DNA from: an uncultured candidatus Porisulfidus sp.
GTDB taxonomy: Bacteria; Pseudomonadota; Gammaproteobacteria; Poriferisulfidales; Poriferisulfidaceae
NCBI GenBank assembly: GCA_965116025.1
Contig: OZ220480.1
Coordinates: 800,001-864,000 of the forward strand
DNA: 64,000 nt
Direction: 5' to 3'
A model generated the notes under the pieces. It had not been told where the DNA came from, made no database searches, and saw nothing but the letters and a program-made list of their open reading frames with translations. How positions within the stretch are numbered: position 1 is the stretch's first letter; each line of letters starts with the position of its first letter. Positions 41,652 to 50,662 of this stretch are shown here, piece by piece. The translations under genes and the position numbers were made by a program.

Positions 41652-42613
41652 GCGCGTCTCCAGATTCCTCCATCGCCCAAGGGTGGGGGCCGGATCTGGA
41701 GGCCGCGCTGCCGGCCCGCCAGCCCTGCGCGGTCACGGTCGGAAACTACGACGGAATGCATCTGGGGCATCAGTCGGTGCTGCGGCGGCTCCTGGACGCC
41801 GCGGCCGCCCGCGGGCTGAAATCCGTGCTGCTGACTCTGGAGCCCTCGCCCCAGGAATTCTTCCGGGGCGCGGAAAGCGCCCCGCGAATCGGATCGCTGG
41901 AGGACAAGAAGCGGTTCGCCGCGCGGATGTTCCCGGTGCTCGACCATTTCGTGGCGCTTCCCTTCGACGCGCGGACCGCCGCCATCGGCGCGCGGGAGTT
42001 CGTCCGGGATCTGTTGGTCGACCGCTTGGGCATGCGCTATCTCACGGTCGGCGAGGACTTCCGATTCGGGCGCGACCGCGCTGGAGATTTCGCGCTCCTT
42101 GAGGAGGAGTCCGCGTCCCTCGGCTTCGATCTCGATGCGGCTCCGATTCTCGAGCTGGATGGAAGCCGGGTTAGCAGCAGCCGAGCGCGCGCGGCGCTCG
42201 CCGCTGGCGACGTGCGGGAGGCGGAGCGCCTGCTTGGGCATCCGTTCGAGATTCGCGCCGAGGTCGTGGAGGGAGACCGGCGCGGGCGCGAGATCGGCTT
42301 TCCTACCGCCAACCTTTCTTTCCCGCACAACCCTCCGATTCGTGGCGTGTTCCCGGTGACCGTCGAGCTCGCGGATGGGCGCTTCCGGGGGGTCGCCAAC
42401 GTGGGCACGCGCCCGACCGTGGATGGCGCGAGACTGGTGATCGAGGCGCACCTGCTAGACTTCGCCGGAGATCTGTACGGTCAACGGATGACCGCGCGCT
42501 TCCACCCGCGCCTGCGCGCCGAGCGCCGCTTCGACTCGGTGGATCGCTTGCGCGAGCGGATCAAGCGCGATATCGCCGCCGCCCGAGAGTTTTTCGCTGA
42601 TGGCCCCGCCTAA
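41648..42613 (+). CDS. ribF: Riboflavin kinase / FAD synthetase
   Basis: GNYDGMHLGH, GEDFRFG, GFPTAN and NVGTRPTV motifs. Confidence 0.96.
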   Translation: MSASPDSSIAQGWGPDLEAALPARQPCAVTVGNYDGMHLGHQSVLRRLLDAAAARGLKSVLLTLEPSPQEFFRGAESAPRIGSLEDKKRFAARMFPVLDHFVALPFDARTAAIGAREFVRDLLVDRLGMRYLTVGEDFRFGRDRAGDFALLEEESASLGFDLDAAPILELDGSRVSSSRARAALAAGDVREAERLLGHPFEIRAEVVEGDRRGREIGFPTANLSFPHNPPIRGVFPVTVELADGRFRGVANVGTRPTVDGARLVIEAHLLDFAGDLYGQRMTARFHPRLRAERRFDSVDRLRERIKRDIAAAREFFADGPA

Positions 42614-45407
42614 TCCCTACCGCGACACCCTGAACCTGCCGCGCACCGACTTCCCGATGCGCGGGAACCTCGCCGCGCGCGAGCCCGAGCGCCTGCGTCG
42701 ATGGCAGGAAATGGACCTCTATGGCCGCTTGCGCGCCGCCCGCCGGGGCCGACAACGCTTCCTCCTGCACGATGGCCCGCCGTACGCCAACGGCAAGCTG
42801 CACATGGGCCACGCGGTGAACAAGACCCTGAAAGATATCGTGACGCGCGCGCGAAGCCTGGACGGCATGGACGCTCCGTACCGGCCGGGCTGGGACTGTC
42901 ACGGACTTCCGATCGAGTTGCGGATCGAGAAGACTTTGCCGGCCGAAGAGCGCCGGGACGGCCGAAAGTTCCGCCGCGCCTGCCGAGCCTACGCGGCCCG
43001 GCAGGTGGACGAGCAACGTCAGGACTTCATGCGCTTGGGCGCGCTGGGGCAGTGGGACGATCCCTATCTGACCATGGACCCCGGGACCGAGGCTGGGATC
43101 GCGCGGGCGCTGGGCGCGTTGCTGGAGGCCGGCTATCTGTCGCGCGGGTCCAAGCCCGTGTACTGGTGCGCGGACTGCAAGTCGGCGCTGGCCGAGGCCG
43201 AGGTCGAGTACAAGGATCGCGTCTCGCCGGCGATCTACGTTCGCTTCGACGCCACGGACGCGGGCCTGGCGCGGACCTTCGGTCTCGCGGACGATTCCGA
43301 GATCGCCGTGGCGATCTGGACCACCACACCCTGGACCCTCTTGGCGAACGAGGCGGTCTGCCTGCATCCGGAATTCGAGTACGCGCTGGTGGAGCGGGAC
43401 GGATGTCTGTTGCTGGTGGCGGACGCGCTGCGCGAGACGGTCCGCGACCTCATCGGCGCGCGGGACGCGACATCGCCCACCGCGCAGGGAAAGCGGCTGG
43501 AAGGAATTCTCTTGCGGCATCCGTTTCTGGACAAGACCGTGCCGTTGATCACCGGAGAGCATGTCACGGCCGAGGAAGGCACCGGTTGCGTGCATACGGC
43601 GCCGGCGCACGGCCCCGAGGACCACGCGGTCGGGTTGCGGTTCGGGCTTCCGGTGGATTGCCCGGTGGAGGAGGACGGACGCTTCCGCGCGGACGCGCCG
43701 GAAGTCGGCGGACTCAGCGTGGAGGAGGCGAACCCGCGCGTCCTTGACGCGCTGAGGCGGGTCGGGCGGTTGCTGGCGGACGCCAAGCGCGCGCATAGCT
43801 ACCCGCATTGCTGGCGACACCACACGCCGTTGCTGTATCGGACCGCCCCCCAATGGTTCATCCGTATGGACGCGCTCGATTTGCGCGAGCGGGCGCTCGC
43901 CGCCACGGACCGGGTGGAATGGTATCCGGCCTGGGGCCGGGAACGCATCCGAGGGATGCTGGACGGACGCCCGGACTGGTGCGTCAGCCGCCAGCGCGAA
44001 TGGGGGTCGCCCATCCCGTTCTTCTTGCGGCGCGACGACGGCGAGCTCCACCCCGACACTCCCGCCTTGCTTGAGGAGGTCGCCAAGCGGATCGAGCGGG
44101 GCGGCATCGACGCTTGGTTCGATCTGGATCCCGAGGAGTTGCTGGGCGACGAGGCCGCGGAGTACGTGAAATCGCCGGACACCCTGGACGTCTGGTTCGA
44201 CTCCGGGGTGACCCACCGCACCGTGCTGGCCGAGGAGTACGGCGCGGGCGCGCGGGCCGATCTCTACCTGGAGGGCTCGGACCAGCACCGCGGCTGGTTC
44301 CAGTCCTCGTTGCTGACCGCGGTGGCGCTGAACGGCGACCCGCCGTACCGGCAAGCGCTCACGCACGGCTTCGTGGTCGATGCGAACGGCCACAAGATGT
44401 CCAAGTCCCGGGGAAACGTCGTCGAGCCGCAGAAGGTCATCGACCGTCTGGGAGCGGACATTCTGCGCCTTTGGGTGGCCTCGACCGACACCAGCGGCGA
44501 GATGGCGGTGTCGGACGAGATCCTCGGACACACCGCCGAGGCGTATCGCCGGCTCCGCAACACGGCCCGCTACCTGCTGGCGAGCCTGCGCGACTTCGAC
44601 CCGGACGCCGACGCGGTCGCGCCGGCGGACATGCTGGCCTTGGACCAGTGGATTCTGCGAAGGGCCGCGGACCTGGACGCGGCCATCCGGGAGGATTTCC
44701 ACCGCTATCGATTCCATATCATCTGCCAGCGTCTGCATGCGTTCTGCGTGAACGAGCTCGGCGGCTTGTACCTTGACGTCACCAAGGATCGAACCTATAC
44801 GCTCGCGGCCACGCATCCGGCGCGCCGCAGCGCCCAGAGCGCCATGTTCCTGCTGGTCGAGGCGTTGTGCCGCTGGCTCGCGCCGATCTGCCCGTTCACC
44901 GCCGACGAGATCTACGAGCATATCCCCGGAGACCGGGAGGATTCGGTGCATCTGGTCGAATGGCTCGATCTCGACGCGTGCCGGAACGCGCCGTCCGCGA
45001 TATCCGATGAGGAGTGGGAGGTCCTGCTGGAGGTACGTCAGGCGGTCAGCCAGACGCTGGAACCCATGCGCAAGGCGGAAGTGATCGGGGCCGCGCTGGA
45101 TGCCGAGGTGACGCTGGCAGCCGAGCCCGCCACGGCCCGGTTGCTGGAGAGGCTGGGCCCGGAACTGCGGTTTCTGTTCATCACGTCCGCTGCCCACCTC
45201 GGCGACGCCATCGCCCCCGACTCCCGAAACTACCAGTTGCCCCGGGCGGGCTCGTTGCGCGTCCAGGCCATTCCCAGCCCGCGGCCCAAGTGCGTTCGAT
45301 GCTGGCACCACGATTCGAGCGTGGGCAGCGTCGCCGGGCACCCGGACCTGTGCGCGCGGTGTCACGGCAACATAGAGGGGGCGGGCGAGGAACGGCGGTA
45401 TGTCTGA
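42600..45407 (+). CDS. ileS: Isoleucyl-tRNA synthetase
   Basis: HDGPPYANG..HMGH, KMSKS and a C-terminal zinc motif CVRCW...CARC. Confidence 0.98.
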   Translation: MAPPNPYRDTLNLPRTDFPMRGNLAAREPERLRRWQEMDLYGRLRAARRGRQRFLLHDGPPYANGKLHMGHAVNKTLKDIVTRARSLDGMDAPYRPGWDCHGLPIELRIEKTLPAEERRDGRKFRRACRAYAARQVDEQRQDFMRLGALGQWDDPYLTMDPGTEAGIARALGALLEAGYLSRGSKPVYWCADCKSALAEAEVEYKDRVSPAIYVRFDATDAGLARTFGLADDSEIAVAIWTTTPWTLLANEAVCLHPEFEYALVERDGCLLLVADALRETVRDLIGARDATSPTAQGKRLEGILLRHPFLDKTVPLITGEHVTAEEGTGCVHTAPAHGPEDHAVGLRFGLPVDCPVEEDGRFRADAPEVGGLSVEEANPRVLDALRRVGRLLADAKRAHSYPHCWRHHTPLLYRTAPQWFIRMDALDLRERALAATDRVEWYPAWGRERIRGMLDGRPDWCVSRQREWGSPIPFFLRRDDGELHPDTPALLEEVAKRIERGGIDAWFDLDPEELLGDEAAEYVKSPDTLDVWFDSGVTHRTVLAEEYGAGARADLYLEGSDQHRGWFQSSLLTAVALNGDPPYRQALTHGFVVDANGHKMSKSRGNVVEPQKVIDRLGADILRLWVASTDTSGEMAVSDEILGHTAEAYRRLRNTARYLLASLRDFDPDADAVAPADMLALDQWILRRAADLDAAIREDFHRYRFHIICQRLHAFCVNELGGLYLDVTKDRTYTLAATHPARRSAQSAMFLLVEALCRWLAPICPFTADEIYEHIPGDREDSVHLVEWLDLDACRNAPSAISDEEWEVLLEVRQAVSQTLEPMRKAEVIGAALDAEVTLAAEPATARLLERLGPELRFLFITSAAHLGDAIAPDSRNYQLPRAGSLRVQAIPSPRPKCVRCWHHDSSVGSVAGHPDLCARCHGNIEGAGEERRYV

Positions 45408-45873
45408 TTCCTGGCGCCAGGCGATTCCGGTCGCGGGCGCGACGCTAATTCTCGACCAGCTGAGCAAATTCCTGATCGAGCGCGCCTTCGCGCCGTATCA
45501 GGAGTGGACGCTGCTTCCCTTTCTTTCCCTGCGACTCGCCTACAACACGGGGGCGGCGTTCAGCTTTCTGCATGACGCGGGAGGCTGGCAACGCGGCTTC
45601 CTGTCCGTGGTGAGCGTCGCGATCATGATTTGGCTGGCCACGTGGATCCATCGCCTCGCCCCGTCGGAACGGAGGCTGGCTTGGCCGCTCGCGCTGATCT
45701 TGGGAGGAGCGGCCGGCAACTTGATTGATCGCTTGGTGGCCGGCGCGGTGACGGATTTCATCTCGCTGCACTATCGAGACTGGTATTGGCCGACCTTCAA
45801 TCTGGCGGACGCGGCCATCTCTATCGGGGTCGTCACCCTGATCCTGTTCAGCTTGCGCCGCTCTCCGTCCTGA
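45400..45873 (+). CDS. lspA: Lipoprotein signal peptidase II
   Basis: DQLSK, NTGAAFS, GNLIDR and FNLADAAI motifs. Confidence 0.97.
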   Translation: MSDSWRQAIPVAGATLILDQLSKFLIERAFAPYQEWTLLPFLSLRLAYNTGAAFSFLHDAGGWQRGFLSVVSVAIMIWLATWIHRLAPSERRLAWPLALILGGAAGNLIDRLVAGAVTDFISLHYRDWYWPTFNLADAAISIGVVTLILFSLRRSPS

Positions 45874-46014
45874 CTCTGGTCCGGGCTCGCGGCTCCGAGC
45901 GGGCTCAAACCGCGCGGCGATATGGACCAAGCGCCGTTCGCCTCGCGCTTGAGTCGTCCCATGCGGATCTTCCGAAGAAAGCCAGCGCGCCGCGCTGATC
46001 AGCAAGAAGGCGAA

Positions 46015-48957
46015 TCAATCTTGAGGCTGGGATTCGGCCCAGCGCTCATATTTCGCGAGGGATAACGTCGCCGCGCATTCCGGGTAATTCACGCAACCGA
46101 AAAAACTGCCATATTTTCCGTGCCGCTCGACCATCCATCCGTCAGAGCATTCAACGCATGCCGGAGCTTCCGCGCCACACGCGCACCGGGTGACGCCGGG
46201 TCTGGATGGATCGCGAAGGGGCAGGTCTACCCCGCATGCCGCGCACGCTGGGAAGCTCGCGCCGCAAAGCTGCTTATGCTCGCAGATGAAGCGGCGGCTT
46301 TTGCTATCCTGAATCAATTGACCGTCGCATCTGGGGCAACGATATTGGCGGTTTCGCGATTCCCCCTCTTCCGTAACACCGTACTCCTCATGTTCCAGAA
46401 GCTCGGTCACGAAGCGCGAGGGCTTTTCTCGGGAAGCGAGAATCGCGACGGAGTCCCGGGCGCGGGTGAGGGCGACGTAGAAGACGCGCCGTTCTTCAGC
46501 GTGCTCAAAGCGCTCGGGTTCGGGGAGCGCGAGCTCCAGCACGGGATCGTCGGTGATCTGGGACGGCAACCCGACGCGTCCGCCGTCCGCGCCAAGGATG
46601 ATCACGTGATCCGCCTCGAGCCCCTTCGCGGAATGGATGGTCTTGAAAGACAGTGAGAGATCCGGATACGCCCTGCCTAGTTCCGCCAGGCGATCTGGGC
46701 GCGACCGGTTGTAGCGGCCGAGCAGGAGAACTTCGGATCGTTCCCCGCTCGCTCGCTCCGCGAGGCGCTCCAGGATTCGCTTCAGGGTCTCTCCTCCGTC
46801 GTTCCTCGATTTCCAGATGATCCGGATCGCGGGATGGTTATCGCTCGCGCGGGTCGCGTCCATCTCTTTCTCGATTTGGGACGGATTTCTCAGAACGAAG
46901 CTCCGGGCGGGGCGCGCGATCCGCTCCACGCTACGGAAGGTCTTTCCGAGATCCACGGATCGGTGAACGCCGCTCTCTCCCGCGAAGGGGCCGCCGAAAA
47001 TCGTTCCGAACTCATTCATCAGACGCACGTCGGATCCCGAGAATCGGTAGATTGACTGCCAGTCGTCTCCCACCGCGAAAACGCGGGCATCCGAATGCCG
47101 TTTCTTGAGCTCCATCAGAAGGCCGGCGCGCCCGCGCGAGATGTCTTGGAACTCGTCCACCAGCAGATGGCGGTAAGGGCTTTCGTAGCGACCCGCCCGG
47201 ATGTGCTCCGTGGCTTTCGTTATCATGTCCTCGAAATCTATGTGACGGCCGAGCTGCCGCTGATACTCCGAGAAGACGGCCTCGAAGATCTCCAGAAACG
47301 CTAGGTCGCGGGGCGAGCGCGCGGGCTCGCTCGCCTTGAGACGGCAATCTCGTAGCGAGAGGCCAGCGTCCTTGAAGTGTCGCAGGAACGCCGCGAGGGT
47401 TTTCGTGAAGGCATCGATTTGCCCCATCTTTTCCAGCCGCTCGAAGACGCTTTCGGGAGAGCGTGGCTCGAATTTCGCGTATGGCGCGATCTTCGCCCGC
47501 AAGCCGGAGATCAGTCGTCCTTCGGATTTCTCGTAGCTGAAGGTCTCGATCAGGATAGTGCCGTGCTTGGCATGCGTTCGACGCTTCCATTTCATGCCCT
47601 TGAGGTATTCCTCCCGGTCGACGAAGGGGGCCGTCGTCAGCCGTTCGCCTCCAGCGCGGCCCCGCTCGCGGCGAACCCCGAAATGCTCGATATAGACGCC
47701 GCTGTCCTTCAGGCGAAAATCCGGCGTGTAGGTCTTTCGGCGCGTGTCGCGAATCTCACGCTTGTACACGGGCTCATATTCGTAATCCACTCCCTGCATG
47801 TAGAGCCAGTTGGCGATCTCGAGCTCTTCGAAACTGCGGACCTTCTCGCCCTGCAGAGTTCGCAGCTCGTTCGCCTCGATGTAGCGGTAATAGTCGTGCT
47901 TCGTCTGGAAGTCGAACTTGCTTTTCGCGGGCGCGAAAAACTCGCTGAACCAGCGCAGGAGCAGATTTTTCAGTTTCTCGTCCTTCCCCGCGCATTCAAG
48001 AAGAATGCCTCGCAGATGGGCATCGAGCGCTTTGGGGTCCTGGGCGTGGTGGGCGAGCGGCGGCGCGGTTCCCTCGACCTCGGCGAGGATCCCGTACGCG
48101 AGCGAGTGAAAGGTCTTGGCCGTGACCGAGCCGCCGCACCGTCGCGTCACTCGTTGGGCCATCTCGTCCGCGGCGTCCTTGGCGAACGTCATGAGCAAAA
48201 TCTCTTCGGGCTTCCGCATGCCTTGCTCTATCAAATAGGCGGCCTTGGCGGTGATGACGCTGGTTTTTCCCGATCCGGCGCCCGCCAGGACGAGAGTCGC
48301 GTCCTCATCGCAAACCACGGCGCGGCGTTGCTCCTGAGTCAAGGAATTCTTCTCGACGCTCTCGAAAAACGGCGCCATGTCCCTCAGTTCGCTCGCGAGG
48401 AAGCGATCCATGGCCTCTTGCCGCAGGCGGGCTGGCGAGCGATGAAAATCGACGAGTCTGGCGAAACTCGTCTTCATCTCCGGCTCAAGCGCGAAATCGG
48501 GAAAACTCTTCGGCACGGACCGAAACAACGTTTCCACCTGTCGCCGGAATGGCTCCATGAGGCAAGCCGCCGGAAATATCCGGGGGCTCTCGAGCTGGTC
48601 GGCGACGAGACAGAGCGATTTGACTTTTTGGGCATGCCGCAAGGTGTTTCGTCGCCATGCCTCGCTCAGCTCTTGGCCGAAAGCCTTGGCCTCGACCGCG
48701 TCCAGTCCCCGAATCCTGAGAACGGATCCGTCCTCTCGAGGCACGTCGATTCTCCCGAAAAGCAGCCCTTTCCTGGATCGGGGGCTTTTGGATATCGCCG
48801 CGAACGGAATCCTGCGCGGGTCGCTCCCCAAGACGGTCAGGCCCTCGCCGTCGACCTCCAGCCCGGTTTTTCGGTTCCCGATCAGCGCATAGAGGACGCT
48901 CGCTATGGTTCCGCGTTGGGCTTTCATCTTCGGAGGGTTTTCCGGGGCTCGCGTCAT
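46015..48957 (-). CDS. HelD/helicase IV-like SF1 helicase with C-terminal zinc ribbons
   Basis: LAGAGSGKT, VDEFQD, VGDDWQSIYRFSG and EERRVFYVALTRA; internal YTPDF..IEHFG nuclease-like insert; C-terminal CxxC repeats and FFGCVNYPEC. Confidence 0.88.
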   Translation of the reverse strand: MTRAPENPPKMKAQRGTIASVLYALIGNRKTGLEVDGEGLTVLGSDPRRIPFAAISKSPRSRKGLLFGRIDVPREDGSVLRIRGLDAVEAKAFGQELSEAWRRNTLRHAQKVKSLCLVADQLESPRIFPAACLMEPFRRQVETLFRSVPKSFPDFALEPEMKTSFARLVDFHRSPARLRQEAMDRFLASELRDMAPFFESVEKNSLTQEQRRAVVCDEDATLVLAGAGSGKTSVITAKAAYLIEQGMRKPEEILLMTFAKDAADEMAQRVTRRCGGSVTAKTFHSLAYGILAEVEGTAPPLAHHAQDPKALDAHLRGILLECAGKDEKLKNLLLRWFSEFFAPAKSKFDFQTKHDYYRYIEANELRTLQGEKVRSFEELEIANWLYMQGVDYEYEPVYKREIRDTRRKTYTPDFRLKDSGVYIEHFGVRRERGRAGGERLTTAPFVDREEYLKGMKWKRRTHAKHGTILIETFSYEKSEGRLISGLRAKIAPYAKFEPRSPESVFERLEKMGQIDAFTKTLAAFLRHFKDAGLSLRDCRLKASEPARSPRDLAFLEIFEAVFSEYQRQLGRHIDFEDMITKATEHIRAGRYESPYRHLLVDEFQDISRGRAGLLMELKKRHSDARVFAVGDDWQSIYRFSGSDVRLMNEFGTIFGGPFAGESGVHRSVDLGKTFRSVERIARPARSFVLRNPSQIEKEMDATRASDNHPAIRIIWKSRNDGGETLKRILERLAERASGERSEVLLLGRYNRSRPDRLAELGRAYPDLSLSFKTIHSAKGLEADHVIILGADGGRVGLPSQITDDPVLELALPEPERFEHAEERRVFYVALTRARDSVAILASREKPSRFVTELLEHEEYGVTEEGESRNRQYRCPRCDGQLIQDSKSRRFICEHKQLCGASFPACAACGVDLPLRDPSRPGVTRCACGAEAPACVECSDGWMVERHGKYGSFFGCVNYPECAATLSLAKYERWAESQPQD

Positions 48958-49174
48958 GGCCGTGCAAGCGTGGGGAAAGATGTCCCCGCGCTTGCCAACG
49001 ACCGCCGTCCGACGGGCCGTTCCGGGCCTCGAACGAGCGCTCACGGTCAACGATTGTACGTGACGTTGGCCTAGCGCTCACGTGACGCTAGCCGGCTTTG
49101 ATGTAGACTTTGATTTGGAATCCTGAGCGTTTCCTCGCCTGCGGACGCGCTCCGCTTCGGGAGGAGGACAGCCG

Positions 49175-49420
49175 ATGACGAGTATCACGATCCGAAACCT
49201 TGACGATGGCGTGAAGAAACGTCTGCGCGCCCGCGCCGCTAGACGCAATCGTTCAGTGGAGGAAGAGGCGCGCGTGATCCTGCGCGAGGCGGTGAATGGC
49301 AAGAGGGCCGCTCCCCGAGATTTGGCGAAGTTCACGCGGAAGTGCTTCGCGCTTCTCGGGGATGTCGAGCTGGAGCTTCCCCCGCGTGGGCCAATGCGCG
49401 AGCCTCCGGATTTTTCCTGA
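49175..49420 (+). CDS. FitA/StbC-like ribbon-helix-helix antitoxin
   Basis: MTSITIRNLDDGVKKRLRARAARRNRSVEEEARVIL; RBS ggagga. Confidence 0.85.
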   Translation: MTSITIRNLDDGVKKRLRARAARRNRSVEEEARVILREAVNGKRAAPRDLAKFTRKCFALLGDVELELPPRGPMREPPDFS

Positions 49421-49450
49421 AAGTCCGCATGCTGACGCGGTGTCTGGCGC

Positions 49451-50350
49451 ATGCGCTCAGCCTTCTTCGATGCGCGCGCGACCTCTCCGTTCCTGGAGAT
49501 GGGAGCTTACGAAGCCCTGTGGTCCGAGCCGACCGCCACGTTCAAATCGCTCGCCAAGCGTTTCGCCAGCCATCCGGGTTGCGTTCCTTCTAACTTCGTC
49601 TCCTTGAACGAAGCGCGTGAATGCGCCGCTTTCGTGAAACGCCGATTCGACGCGGCGGGCGTGAGGAGGTTTGGCGTGCGGGTGTACGGCGCGGGCGAGT
49701 ACCCGGAGATGTTGCGTGACGCGGCCTATCCCGTTGAGGCGTTCTACTACCAAGGCGGGTGGGATCTCGTATACTCTCGGCTGGTTGCCGTCATAGGGAC
49801 TCGAAAACCCTCGCGAGAGGGAGCCTCGCGCGCGCGACGGCTCGTTCGCGCGCTTGTGGCCGACGACTTCACGGTCGTGTCGGGACTCGCCGCGGGGATT
49901 GACCGCGTGGCCCACGAGACCGCTATTGAGGAGCGAGGCCGCACGATCGCGGTGCTTGGCACGCCGCTCTCGCATGTCTACCCCAAAGAGAACGCGAATC
50001 TGCAGCGTCACATCGCCGAGAATTTTCTTCTCATAAGCCAAGTGCCCTTGAAGCGCTACGAGTCCCAAGACTATCGTCATAATCGTGGATTCTTTCCAGA
50101 ACGCAACGTGACTATGTCCGCGTTGACTGAGGCGACGATCATCGTCGAAGCGGAGGAGAAGTCGGGAACGCTCATCCAGGCGCGCGCCGCCCTCCATCAA
50201 GGACGCAAGCTTTTCGTTCTCGACAGTTGCTTTCGCGACTCGCGCTTGACGTGGCCAAGGAAACTCGTCGAGAAAGGAGCCATTCGGGTTAGGGATTACG
50301 ATGATGTTCGCCAGCGGCTTGCCCGAATAAATTCAGACATCTTGATCTGA
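49451..50350 (+). CDS. Short DprA/Smf-like protein
   Basis: VAVIGTR, VSGLAAGID, FFPERN and EA..KSGTLIQA; lacks the canonical DprA C-terminal domain; the last codons come from the MITE end. Confidence 0.85.
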   Translation: MRSAFFDARATSPFLEMGAYEALWSEPTATFKSLAKRFASHPGCVPSNFVSLNEARECAAFVKRRFDAAGVRRFGVRVYGAGEYPEMLRDAAYPVEAFYYQGGWDLVYSRLVAVIGTRKPSREGASRARRLVRALVADDFTVVSGLAAGIDRVAHETAIEERGRTIAVLGTPLSHVYPKENANLQRHIAENFLLISQVPLKRYESQDYRHNRGFFPERNVTMSALTEATIIVEAEEKSGTLIQARAALHQGRKLFVLDSCFRDSRLTWPRKLVEKGAIRVRDYDDVRQRLARINSDILI

Positions 50351-50641
50351 TAGTCTGATATCGCGAGGGCTGGAGCCCGGAGCTGTTCGCGCGCTTGGCG
50401 CGCTGCGGTGCTACCTGCGTCTCACGTGGCGCGAGAGTTCTCGGGAGGACGACTGGCCGAGTGCCGCGTCGGGTCGCGCGACGGCCTCCGGGTTCGCCAA
50501 TTTCATCCGCATGATCCGCTACCGCGCCGAGACTCGCCATTCCGGAACCGGTCTCCGGTCTGTCTACCGCGTCGTCGACGCGCCGTCCACAGAGGAATAA
50601 AGCGTCATCCCCCTATAATGCATTTAGGTCAGGATGTCTGA
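50333..50641 (+). mobile_element. MITE-like internally deleted derivative of the 2.2-4.1 kb IS family
   Basis: Inverted ends tcagacatcttgatct / aggtcaggatgtctga (14/16 match). The interior is a patchwork of segments matching about 3068-3163, 3245-3279, 3797-3838 and 4043-4137. Confidence 0.85.
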
Positions 50642-50662
50642 AACTTATGATGGCGACAACGA

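Noticed and set aside
42561-45467. 968-aa antisense ORF to ileS and similar antisense ORFs throughout the window
   Set aside because: Typical artefact of high GC3 codon usage, with no recognisable motifs.
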